A program made the translations under genes and the position numbers. From Desulfocapsa sulfexigens DSM 10523 (lineage in GTDB: Bacteria; Desulfobacterota; Desulfobulbia; Desulfobulbales; Desulfocapsaceae): DNA of 32,000 bases. A model generated the notes under the pieces. The model searched no databases and was not told the DNA's origin. It saw nothing but the letters and a program-made list of their open reading frames with translations. The stretch's first letter is position 1. Each line of letters starts with the position of its first letter. Shown piece after piece: positions 18,620 to 27,608 of this stretch. Where the stretch lies: positions 3,390,001-3,422,000 of the forward strand of contig NC_020304.1 of NCBI RefSeq assembly GCF_000341395.1. Direction: 5' to 3'.

Positions 18620-20476
18620 TCAAGCCGCTATTTGCGCAGAAACAGAATCAATTTTATCTTCAATCTCAGCATCACTGGCCGGGGTCAGTAGAATATCATC
18701 TACTCCATATTTTACTGCCTTAATTACCTTTGTTTTTGTCCACCCCGGGCCCACGGCTATAAGTGGCAATGAACTGGCAGAACTGATCTTAATTGCTGCC
18801 CCAAGCCCTTTTTCGTCGACTTCAGCCATTACCAGAAAAACCGCTTTCACTTCTCCTGGCAGATAATCACTGGCACTTTCCTTATAATCAAGAACCTTGA
18901 AAGCCACACCACGACCATTCAAAACAGCGGATATTTTTGAACACTCACCACTGTCATTACTGACAATAAGGAATTCTGGATGAAGTGAAGCGCTGGCACT
19001 CTCTTGCGCTCCGACACCGCTAGCGCCTACGGTTGAATCAGCCTTACCAGTTACAGCATTTTTTGAAGCAACATCGGAAGCCTCATCTACAATTTCTGTC
19101 TGTCCTAATCCTTCGAGTTTAAACAGTGTTAAGGGTACAAGCATCTGCATACTGCCAAGCGTTTTTTTCCCGATACTCATTTTACTTGTTGCCATATAAT
19201 AAAGCACATCAGGCATCGGTTCATCAGACTCAGTATCAACCTTCATTGGAACAACCTTTTCAAGGCCAGTCTTTATAAAGCGTATCTTATCCGGATACTG
19301 TTCCTCAAAAACTTTTGTATATACACCTGAAATTATATTGGCTATCTCACCGTAGGCATCTTCTGAGTCATCATTGAATTCTTCTTCAGCTACAATAGAA
19401 TCAAGTTCAGTTGGTGGTAACATAATCAGGGTGCCACCAATAAAAATGGCATCCTTTAATCCAACATAGAGATACCCCTTCCCTTCAAGTGCACCAACCA
19501 CATCCATATGGGCCAGTATCTGTTTACCAGATGCCACATCGAAGAAGAAATCCTCCTTATTTATAATACGTGTGGTATGTTCGGTAAATTGAACATCAGC
19601 TCCAAGGAGTGCGCCAACCTCATCTCCCATACGCACATTGCACTCTTTCAGACAGGAGTCAACACGCTTCTTCTGTTTTTTGGTATCAAAAGGTTTTGCA
19701 TTAGGGGTGTTTACTGTTGCCGTAGTCTCATTACCAGCCTGACCATCTTCTGACGATCCCTCGACCGGCGGAATGTTTCCGTTACCAACAGTATCAGTAC
19801 TTGCATCAGTATGAGGAGCTTCCTTGCTGGATGTGTCGGTAACTTCCGCTCCGACGGTGGAAGTGCTTTCAACTGCCTGTTCTTGAGCAGGAGCCTCTTC
19901 ATCAAGCCCTAATGGTTTAGCTGGAATGAGCAGAACAAGTTTTCCCATCTCCACACCATTCAACTTCATCCAGGCACTAACCTGGTAGTAATTCTGATTT
20001 GGTATCGGTCTGTCAGACTCCACCTCAACCTGCATGGGAATTATAACTTCCTGGGCCTTACGGATAAAACGAAATTTTTTGGGATACATCTCTTCAAAGG
20101 TCTTCGTATAGGCCCCGGCTATGATATTTGCTATTTCACCATAGGAATCATCGATTTCTTCACTGTAGTCTTCTGAAGATGAAGCTTCCTCCAACTCAAC
20201 GTCAGGAAGCATAATGAGGGTTCCACCAAGACGGATTGCATCCTTGACCGAAACCAGGATCGCACCATCACCCTCAAGTTCACCGCTTAGTTGTAATTCA
20301 GAAAAGACGAGTTTCCCGGAAGGTTCATCAAAGAAATCTTCTTTAGAAATCAATTGGGTCGTAAGGTCGGCCATGACCAGGGTCGCACCCATAAGGCCAC
20401 CGACTTCATCACCAACACGCTCTTGAACAAGTTCAAGAATTTTATCAATTTTCTTTTTGGCTTTACTGGAGGACAT
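18620..20476 (-). CDS. Protein with two tandem CheX/CheC-like phosphatase domains and a C-terminal degenerate receiver domain
   Basis: Internal duplication at an offset of about 263 aa: GDEVGGLMGA.../GDEVGALLGA..., GGTLIMLP/GGTLIMLP, DDSYGEIANIIAGAYTKTFEEMYP/EDAYGEIANIISGVYTKVFEEQYP. C-terminus EFLIVSNDSGECSKISAVLNGRGVAFKVLDY...YGVDDILLTPASDAEIEDKI is receiver-like. Confidence 0.72.
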   Translation of the reverse strand: MSSSKAKKKIDKILELVQERVGDEVGGLMGATLVMADLTTQLISKEDFFDEPSGKLVFSELQLSGELEGDGAILVSVKDAIRLGGTLIMLPDVELEEASSSEDYSEEIDDSYGEIANIIAGAYTKTFEEMYPKKFRFIRKAQEVIIPMQVEVESDRPIPNQNYYQVSAWMKLNGVEMGKLVLLIPAKPLGLDEEAPAQEQAVESTSTVGAEVTDTSSKEAPHTDASTDTVGNGNIPPVEGSSEDGQAGNETTATVNTPNAKPFDTKKQKKRVDSCLKECNVRMGDEVGALLGADVQFTEHTTRIINKEDFFFDVASGKQILAHMDVVGALEGKGYLYVGLKDAIFIGGTLIMLPPTELDSIVAEEEFNDDSEDAYGEIANIISGVYTKVFEEQYPDKIRFIKTGLEKVVPMKVDTESDEPMPDVLYYMATSKMSIGKKTLGSMQMLVPLTLFKLEGLGQTEIVDEASDVASKNAVTGKADSTVGASGVGAQESASASLHPEFLIVSNDSGECSKISAVLNGRGVAFKVLDYKESASDYLPGEVKAVFLVMAEVDEKGLGAAIKISSASSLPLIAVGPGWTKTKVIKAVKYGVDDILLTPASDAEIEDKIDSVSAQIAA

Positions 20477-20623
20477 GTATTTAGAAGAATGAAAGAATTA
20501 TAAGAAAATCTTTACCTTTATTTCAGTATCGACCTGATCTGATAATTTCTTAACAGCTTTGAGAGCAAAAATAAATTTAACACAAATGATACAATAAAAA
20601 AACTGAACAAAGTACAGAGACGT

Positions 20624-21088
20624 TCAATCAATATATTTTAATTCCACCATAAACAATCCACCATTCATGGCAAAATGAACAACAACTCTTGTGGCGCCAG
20701 ACATTCCACTGGTACTAAAGGATTCACCAATAACCGTTGTGGGAATGGCAATTTGAATATCCTTGCCATCTTCCGCAAAGGAATTTTTCATATTCCCAGC
20801 AACCATATTGGCAATTTCACCAATGGCATCTTTCACGTCCTCATCTATTTCAAGAACTTCCATTCCTAAAAATGTTCCGGTTATATCCCTTGCCACCGAC
20901 GAGGGACAGTGCACAGCCAGCATCCCACGAATATCTTTGCCAAGACCTACCATACTGGTGATATTCGCAGGAATATCTCCACCTCTGCCTTCGATTATTT
21001 TTACGACTTCAAGCTCAACCATGAGCATGGCTGAGAAAACTTCACGAGTTCCATCAATTATTGCCTGCCCAACATCCATCACACTCAA
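20624..21088 (-). CDS. CheX-like chemotaxis phosphatase domain protein
   Basis: 154 aa; MSVMDVGQAIIDGTREVFSAMLMVELEVVKI...DEDVKDAIGEIANMVAGNMKNSFAEDGKDIQIAIPTTVIG: the CheX/CheC E-xx-N signature. Confidence 0.85.
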   Translation of the reverse strand: MSVMDVGQAIIDGTREVFSAMLMVELEVVKIIEGRGGDIPANITSMVGLGKDIRGMLAVHCPSSVARDITGTFLGMEVLEIDEDVKDAIGEIANMVAGNMKNSFAEDGKDIQIAIPTTVIGESFSTSGMSGATRVVVHFAMNGGLFMVELKYID

Positions 21089-21113
21089 ATCCCTTAATAT
21101 ACGATCCCTATAA

Positions 21114-21151
21114 TAAAAAAAAGAACAGGTGCAGTAACAGCCACCTGTTCC
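21114..21151 (-). terminator. Rho-independent terminator on the minus strand between the two cheX-like genes
   Basis: Read on the minus strand: GAACAGGTG-gctgttactg-CACCTGTTC followed by TTTTTTTT. Confidence 0.85.
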
Positions 21152-21187
21152 AATCGCAAGTCCATTTAAATATAAAAAAAACTCTTG

Positions 21188-21661
21188 CTACTTCTCAAGA
21201 TCCATTTCAACCAGAAAACAGCCTTTACCGGTATCAAATTCAATAATAATTTTTTCTACCTCTTTATCAGAACTGAAACTGTATTCACGTCCACAAATGG
21301 TTGAAGGGAGAGACAAGTCAATATCTCGACCATTTTCTGACAAAATGGTTTTCACATTGCCACCGAGCATATTGGCAACCTCACCAATAGCATCATGAAC
21401 ATCATCGTTGATTTCTTCAACATCCATCATGAGAAAACTGCTGGTTATTGCCAATGCAACACTGTAAGGAACATGCACCGCAAGAACCCCCTTATGGGTA
21501 CCAGCAAGTCCTATCATTCCGGTTATGGTATCCTGAAGAACACCATGAGTGGTCATCACTTCTTTAACGCTCAAGTCCATCATGACCATGGATGAAAAAA
21601 TCTCCTTGGTCGATTGAATCATCTTGTCCTGAATCTCCACGCTAACCTCCTTGTAAAGCAA
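21188..21661 (-). CDS. CheX-like chemotaxis phosphatase domain protein
   Basis: 157 aa; NDDVHDAIGEVANMLGGNVKTILSENGRDIDLSLPSTICG; paralogous to 20624..21088. Confidence 0.85.
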   Translation of the reverse strand: MLYKEVSVEIQDKMIQSTKEIFSSMVMMDLSVKEVMTTHGVLQDTITGMIGLAGTHKGVLAVHVPYSVALAITSSFLMMDVEEINDDVHDAIGEVANMLGGNVKTILSENGRDIDLSLPSTICGREYSFSSDKEVEKIIIEFDTGKGCFLVEMDLEK

Positions 21662-21664
21662 CAG

Positions 21665-22036
21665 TTATAGAAGTGGTCCAAGAACCTCATTAACCTTATC
21701 AGGAGTAAATGGTTTCTTTATCGCCCCAACAGCTCCAAGGGATTTGGCCTCACCAATAATATCATCGCCTGTCTCGGTGGAAATCATCAAGACTGGAATA
21801 TCTTTCATATTGTCACGGCTGGATTTTTCACGAAGAAAACTAATTCCATCCATATTGGGCATATTGATATCACTCAGTACTATATCAACATTTTCTTTTT
21901 CCAGTACTTCAAGAGCTTCAAGTCCATCGGCCGCTTCAAATATATTATCAAAATCGATCCCTGCCTGTCGCAAGGACCTACCTATAATAATCCTCATAGT
22001 TTTGGAGTCATCCACTAACAAAACATTCTTACCCAT
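21665..22036 (-). CDS. cheY: CheY-like single-domain response regulator
   Basis: VLLVDDSKTMRIIIGRSLRQAG; phospho-Asp in VDIVLSDINMPNMDG; MISTE; conserved Lys in AIKKPFTPDKV. Confidence 0.92.
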   Translation of the reverse strand: MGKNVLLVDDSKTMRIIIGRSLRQAGIDFDNIFEAADGLEALEVLEKENVDIVLSDINMPNMDGISFLREKSSRDNMKDIPVLMISTETGDDIIGEAKSLGAVGAIKKPFTPDKVNEVLGPLL

Positions 22037-22200
22037 TATTTCCTCCTGCTGAAAAACCTGATTTATGAATTTGACTATTCATTTCTTGAACAATCAGACA
22101 TCTTTTTCCAAGTAACGTATAACAGTAAAATATTACCAGCTTTTTAGAACAAAAATCAAATATCTTTTCAAAATAATTCTTTCATCCTAAAACAATTGAA

Positions 22201-22216
22201 TGGACTGGTTTTTGCA
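22201..22216 (+). promoter_or_regulatory. Candidate sigma-54 (-24/-12) promoter for the flagellar operon
   Basis: TGGACTGGTTTTTGCA: GG-N10-GC spacing with TTGCA at -12, 36 nt upstream of the ATG at 22252. A sigma-54 activator gene is encoded nearby (17125..18618). Confidence 0.65.
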
Positions 22217-22251
22217 AGTTGTATGTCAAATATAACTCAACCTGAACTGTA

Positions 22252-24657
22252 ATGAAAAAATATTCCATAATATTCTATATTTTCACTCTGTTAGGACCCC
22301 ATGTGGCAAATGCCGAGAGTGTCCTTAACAGAATCAATAAAATCAACACTAAGAATGCTGTTGAGTTGTACTGCTCATTCACTAGTATTCCAAGCTATCG
22401 ATCTAATATCAGGGAAAAAAGAGTCGATTTCATTTTGGAAGATACCACCCTGGACCCGAATCTCAAATTTTTCAAAGCTGACGACAGGATAGTCAAAATT
22501 CTGTCACTCAATAAAAATAATAAAACTGTTCTATCATTTTTTTTCAGATATCCACCGCAAAGTTTTGAAGTAACCCCGAATGAAAAAGACAACAAATTAA
22601 TAGTAAACATCCTGCTTGGAAACCCATATTCCACAGCCTTACCAAATTTTTCATCAAAACTTTCAGGACTGACTATCCTTGAAAGAACTACTAAAGATTT
22701 TTCCAATCCTCTTATTGCATCCCCCTATGCCGCGGACTGGCGAAGTTTCTTCAAACTCTACGAATCAAAAATACAGCTCAGCATGCCCGTGCAGTTTACC
22801 ATGCTGCCTTTTCCTGCAATCGCCTTTCTCCTGCCTGATAGAGAAGAAAACAATTCACTTCTGAGTGCGGAGATTCATGGGCTCGCAAAAGAAGAACTTT
22901 GGGATGATCTTCTCCCAATACTTCTCAAGAAGATTACCGTTGAGCAAGATCCTGAAATTAAGAAAAAACTAGCACTTACCTACGGAGAAGTACTCTCAAG
23001 AAACAATAATTTTGTTGATGCTTACAAACAGTTTTATCTTCTGGCCGATGAGTACGGAGATGAAGAGATAGGTGTTTTTGCCAAATATCTCCTCATACTG
23101 CTCCGAGCCAGATTTGAAGACCCGTTTATTGCAGATTTTGAACTGAGAAAACTCCAGGAATCCATGACTCCTGCCAATCCCTTGACACCCTATTTCAGAA
23201 TCACTCAGATCGAAACAGCACTGGCAACACAACAATACCCACGGATGCGTTCTCTACTCGAACTCGATGACATTGGATATCCTGGTGATACCGCCACCAT
23301 AAAAGAATTAAGACAGGCTGATTACTGGTATGGTGTAGGTGAATTAATCAAAGCCTATATAGGCTATCAACTTCTCGATAAAAACGAACTTTTACGGGAA
23401 AAAGTTTTTTCTCTCAACGGTTACTGTAACACCCTGTATCAGCAAAAACAATTTACTGATGCGGCCACCTGTTACACCACATTAAGTAGTCATATCAAAG
23501 ATAAAGAGAAACTTGGAATCACTACCTTCAGACAATACCTTTCTGAATTGCACTATAAACGTCCCAGTGAAATGATAGATTATTTTGCCCGCATAGAAGA
23601 CACGTATCAAGGTACAGTAGCAGGTTTTCTTGGTGCCATTAAAAAAACCGATTTACAATACCTGACCCTCGAAGAATGGGACGCAAATGCCGTTCTTCAT
23701 TACAAAAAATTTGCTGCCACGGCCCCAACACGCGAAGGCAGAGAAGAAGCAAGCTTCAAAGAGGCCCTCGTTTACAGACTGCTTAATGAGAATATAAAAA
23801 GCCTTAATCTCATCATGTCTTTTTTAAGAGACTTCAGAAAAGGTGATTTGCATCAATCCGGTCAGGCCCTACTTATTGAATTGTTTCCATTGGTCATTCA
23901 TGAATATGTTGAAAAAAAAATGTATATGGAAGCACTGGTTCTTGCAAAAAAAAATCGTAAACTTTTCATAAACAATTGGGTTGATATAGACCTTCTTGCA
24001 AATCTTGCAGATTCCTATAACTCAATTGGCATATATGACGAAGCGTCCAAGCTGTACCTCTACCTCATCACACTCTCATCGGAAGACAAAAAAGAGAACT
24101 ACTATCTGCCTATGATCAAGGCTGCTTATGACCATGGAGACTACAATATTGTTGAAGATTTTGCTGATCAATACAGTTTCCGCTATGCTGACGGAATATA
24201 TAAAAAAGATATCTTATTGCTCCGCATAAAAAGCTTGCTTGCAGAAGAACGTTTCGCCGATGCAGTTGCTTTACTCCCGGATCCAATACCCGTCACCGAA
24301 GATTTTTCCCTTCTTGCGGCTTCTCTGTATTTTTATGAAAATGATTACAGTAGGGTTGTTTCCATTCTGGACAGGGATTTGACAATCAGTAGCGATAAAC
24401 TTGGTAGAAGTTCATTCCTACTGGCTGAAAGCATGTATCAATTACAAGATTTCGTCAGGGCAGAGGCATTTTTTGCAAAAATTCCCGAGGAATCAAACCA
24501 TCATGATCAGGCACTCTACAGGCTTGGAGAACTTCTTAAGAAGGAAGGTAAAAAAAAGGAGGCTCTAAAATTATTTAGGGAACTTGTCGAAACAGGAAAG
24601 AATGAGCTGTGGGTTAAGATGGCTCAAAAAGAAATTGAATTAAAAGACATTCTTTAG
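22252..24657 (+). CDS. Secreted/periplasmic helical-repeat (TPR/SEL1-like) protein with N-terminal beta-domain; first gene of the flagellar operon
   Basis: Signal peptide MKKYSIIFYIFTLLGPHVANAES; beta-rich N-terminal segment; then long helical repeats (e.g. EIGVFAKYLLILLRARFEDPFIADF, AVALLPDPIPVTEDFSLLAASLYFYENDYSRVVSIL, ALYRLGELLKKEGKKKEALKLFRELVE). Confidence 0.7.
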   Translation: MKKYSIIFYIFTLLGPHVANAESVLNRINKINTKNAVELYCSFTSIPSYRSNIREKRVDFILEDTTLDPNLKFFKADDRIVKILSLNKNNKTVLSFFFRYPPQSFEVTPNEKDNKLIVNILLGNPYSTALPNFSSKLSGLTILERTTKDFSNPLIASPYAADWRSFFKLYESKIQLSMPVQFTMLPFPAIAFLLPDREENNSLLSAEIHGLAKEELWDDLLPILLKKITVEQDPEIKKKLALTYGEVLSRNNNFVDAYKQFYLLADEYGDEEIGVFAKYLLILLRARFEDPFIADFELRKLQESMTPANPLTPYFRITQIETALATQQYPRMRSLLELDDIGYPGDTATIKELRQADYWYGVGELIKAYIGYQLLDKNELLREKVFSLNGYCNTLYQQKQFTDAATCYTTLSSHIKDKEKLGITTFRQYLSELHYKRPSEMIDYFARIEDTYQGTVAGFLGAIKKTDLQYLTLEEWDANAVLHYKKFAATAPTREGREEASFKEALVYRLLNENIKSLNLIMSFLRDFRKGDLHQSGQALLIELFPLVIHEYVEKKMYMEALVLAKKNRKLFINNWVDIDLLANLADSYNSIGIYDEASKLYLYLITLSSEDKKENYYLPMIKAAYDHGDYNIVEDFADQYSFRYADGIYKKDILLLRIKSLLAEERFADAVALLPDPIPVTEDFSLLAASLYFYENDYSRVVSILDRDLTISSDKLGRSSFLLAESMYQLQDFVRAEAFFAKIPEESNHHDQALYRLGELLKKEGKKKEALKLFRELVETGKNELWVKMAQKEIELKDIL

Positions 24658-24699
24658 AAAAAAGATCCAACCATTAACTAACAGAGACAACAAAAAACC

Positions 24700-25113
24700 A
24701 TGAACCCACTGGACCCTTTTGACTCCAACATACAACTACTGCAAAAAGTTCTTGATTTACGTTCTACAAACCAGAGAATAATTGCCACCAATATCGCAAA
24801 TGCAGAGACTCCTGGTTTTGCCCGTAAGGTATTTACATTTGAGGAACAATTGCAAAACGCCATAACTGCCAAACCTGGAACGCTGGCAACAACCCATAGT
24901 AAGCACATTTCAACTGCTCCGACGAGTGTCAGTTCAGTGACCGGTAGAGTTGATGAAGTTGAAGACAAAACAGGAATAGGTGACGAAAATGGCGTTAGTG
25001 TGGATATGGAAATGGTTGCTTTATCCGAAAATGAGCTCCTTTACGAAACAGCGGCACAGTTATTGAATAAGAAATTCACCTTACTTAAATACATGATCCA
25101 GGAAGGGAAATAG
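24700..25113 (+). CDS. flgB: Flagellar basal-body rod protein FlgB
   Basis: LQKVLDLRSTNQRIIATNIANAETPGFARK; C-terminal ENELLYETAAQLLNKKFTLLKYMIQEG. Confidence 0.95.
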   Translation: MNPLDPFDSNIQLLQKVLDLRSTNQRIIATNIANAETPGFARKVFTFEEQLQNAITAKPGTLATTHSKHISTAPTSVSSVTGRVDEVEDKTGIGDENGVSVDMEMVALSENELLYETAAQLLNKKFTLLKYMIQEGK

Positions 25114-25173
25114 TTTCTTGAGCCATTTAACCTACAATCTTGAATACAATAATTAATTCCAAAGAGGTACAAA

Positions 25174-25593
25174 ATGGATATATTTACAACATTTGATGTC
25201 AGCGCATCAGCTTTAAAGGCCCAGCGCACACGTCTCAATACTATCAGTTCAAATCTTGCAAATGTGGAAACAACATCCACCCCGGAAGGTGGCCCTTACA
25301 AAAAAAAATCGGTCTACTTCCAGACAAAACCCATCTCCTTTAAAGAGCAACTTGATTCGTCCATACAGGGGGTGGAAGTAACAAAAATCCTTGAAGATAC
25401 TGAAGAACCGAAGAAAATTTATGACCCCTCTCATCCGGACGCAGCAGAGGATGGGTATGTGGCCATGCCAAATATCAGTGTCCTTAAAGAAATGGTGGAT
25501 ATGATGTCCGCCACCCGCTCCTATGAGGCGAACACCACTGTTATTAAATCAGCAAAACGAATGGCCCTGAAGGCCCTTGAAATCGGGAGATAA
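25174..25593 (+). CDS. flgC: Flagellar basal-body rod protein FlgC
   Basis: FTTFDVSASALKAQRTRLNTISSNLANVETTSTPEGGPYKKKSVYFQ; PNISVLKEMVDMMSATRSYEANTTVIKSAKRMALKALEIGR. Confidence 0.97.
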   Translation: MDIFTTFDVSASALKAQRTRLNTISSNLANVETTSTPEGGPYKKKSVYFQTKPISFKEQLDSSIQGVEVTKILEDTEEPKKIYDPSHPDAAEDGYVAMPNISVLKEMVDMMSATRSYEANTTVIKSAKRMALKALEIGR

Positions 25594-25599
25594 TAAAGC

Positions 25600-25899
25600 A
25601 TGAACTCTCTTATTGGTCCAATAGGCTCAAGCCCATTACCACTGCAACCGGCTGACAGCAATCCCGTAGCTATTGCAAAATCAGACTTCTCCAAGGTTAT
25701 CCAATCAACCATTGACCAGGCAGTTACAGCCGAACATATTGGAAATAGAGCCATCACAGAATTGCAGAGTGGCGATGCAAAGAATCTCCATGAAGTAATG
25801 ATCAGTGTTGAAAAAGCTGACATCTCACTTAAAATGCTTGTCCAGTTCAGAAACAAGGCCTTACAGGCCTACGAAGAGATAATGAGAATGCAGATTTAA
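25600..25899 (+). CDS. fliE: Flagellar hook-basal body complex protein FliE
   Basis: SGDAKNLHEVMISVEKADISLKMLVQFRNKALQAYEEIMRMQI; typical length and position. Confidence 0.95.
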   Translation: MNSLIGPIGSSPLPLQPADSNPVAIAKSDFSKVIQSTIDQAVTAEHIGNRAITELQSGDAKNLHEVMISVEKADISLKMLVQFRNKALQAYEEIMRMQI

Positions 25900-25961
25900 C
25901 AAATTATAAATACAACCGGTACAACTCACATTAAACCTTCCATGCAAAAAGGGAATTTTTC

Positions 25962-27605
25962 ATGGCCGATCCAGACAATACTCAGAACGAAACAGAAGAA
26001 AAAGAAATTCAGATCCCTGAGAGAAAAAAGCTATCTGTACTTATTAGAGAATGGCCGCTCTCAAGAAAGATTGCACTGCTGGCAGTCACTGGAATTTCCA
26101 TCGCAGTTTTTGCCCTGATCATCATACAAGCCAGAACTGCAGATTATCAGTTACTGTATGCAAATCTTGAAGAAAAAGATGCAGCACCCGTGGTTGCATG
26201 GCTAAAAGGTCAACGTATTGACTATCAGCTGAAAAACAACGGAAAAAACATCTGGATTGCTGCAAATAAAATTTACGAAACACGCCTTGAACTAGCATCC
26301 AGCGGTCTGCCCTCTGGAGGTGGTGTTGGTTTTGAAGTTTTTGACAAACAGTCCTTCGCCCTTACCGATTTTGTCCAGAGGGTTAATTATACCAGAGCAC
26401 TGCAGGGTGAACTTGCCAGAACCATCACTTCATTAAAACCTGTAGAGGCCACCCGTGTCCATCTCGCCCTCCCCGAAAAACGTTTATTTAAAAATCAGCA
26501 GAAAAATGCCACAGCCTCTGTCATCTTGACCCTTGTATCCGGCAGTATTTTAGAGAAAGACCAGGTTCAGGGGATTATCCACCTGGTCTCTGGATCCGTT
26601 GAAGGACTCACCCCTGAGGAAGTTACTGTTATAGATAGTTTTGGGAAGGTTTTGGAGGGTAATACAAAACCAGACGAAACCCAACGTTTCTCTGTTGAAA
26701 TGCTTGTTTACCAGCAGGAACTTGAACGAAGGATGGAGGCTAGAGCACAGGATTTACTGGATAAAACTATGGGGTATGGCCAGGCAATGGTCAGGGTCAC
26801 CGCCAGTCTTGATTTTGCAAAGGTTGAAAAGACTCAGGAACTTTTTGATGCCGATGATCCTGTCATTCGCAGCGAACAGCTGAGCAATGAAAGCAATGGC
26901 ACTACCGGAGCAGGAGGCATTCCAGGCGTTGAATCCAACCTCCAGGGAAACACTGCTTCCCAGGCTGGAGGGGCACCACCATCGAGCAAAACCAGCCGTA
27001 CCACCAATTACGAGATTAGTAAAACCGTAAGCAAAACGATTAATCCCACAGGAACCATAAAAAGCCTCTCCGTTTCTGTTCTGCTTGCAGATAAAACAAT
27101 TGCAGCTAAAGATGAGGAGAGCCAGCCCACAACAGAAACACGCACTCCGGAAGAACTCAAGGCTATAGAAACAATGGTTGCCAGTGCCCTTGGGCTTGAT
27201 TCAGGGCGTGGCGATAATATTAATGTTGCTTCTATGCCATTTATGGTAGAGACACAAGATCCGGCACTTACCGCAGGGATGCCCAAAAATCTCCTCTATG
27301 AATACCTCCCCCTGATTAAAATCGGTCTTCTTTCCATAGGAGTACTTATTTTCTATTTTCTACTTGTACGTCCGATTATAAAAACTATGAAGTCTGAAGC
27401 AATTGATCATAACCAGACAGTAACAGAACTTGAGAAGGCCGTTCAGGAAGTCAAGGCAGCAAAGGAGAAGGCAGCTCGTGATGCTGCTGCTGCGGAGGAA
27501 CCAGTTGAAGTTGTCCTTGACGCTGTTACTTCTCTGCGAAATACGGTTATGAGAAACCACGTACCCACCTCTTATATTATTAAAAACTGGATCAATGAAG
27601 GTTAA
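25962..27605 (+). CDS. fliF: Flagellar M-ring protein FliF
   Basis: LLYANLEEKDAAPVVAWLKGQRIDYQL, RVNYTRALQGELARTITSLKPVEATRVHLALPEK; C-terminal TM and cytoplasmic tail. Confidence 0.97.
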   Translation: MADPDNTQNETEEKEIQIPERKKLSVLIREWPLSRKIALLAVTGISIAVFALIIIQARTADYQLLYANLEEKDAAPVVAWLKGQRIDYQLKNNGKNIWIAANKIYETRLELASSGLPSGGGVGFEVFDKQSFALTDFVQRVNYTRALQGELARTITSLKPVEATRVHLALPEKRLFKNQQKNATASVILTLVSGSILEKDQVQGIIHLVSGSVEGLTPEEVTVIDSFGKVLEGNTKPDETQRFSVEMLVYQQELERRMEARAQDLLDKTMGYGQAMVRVTASLDFAKVEKTQELFDADDPVIRSEQLSNESNGTTGAGGIPGVESNLQGNTASQAGGAPPSSKTSRTTNYEISKTVSKTINPTGTIKSLSVSVLLADKTIAAKDEESQPTTETRTPEELKAIETMVASALGLDSGRGDNINVASMPFMVETQDPALTAGMPKNLLYEYLPLIKIGLLSIGVLIFYFLLVRPIIKTMKSEAIDHNQTVTELEKAVQEVKAAKEKAARDAAAAEEPVEVVLDAVTSLRNTVMRNHVPTSYIIKNWINEG

Positions 27606-27608
27606 CTT

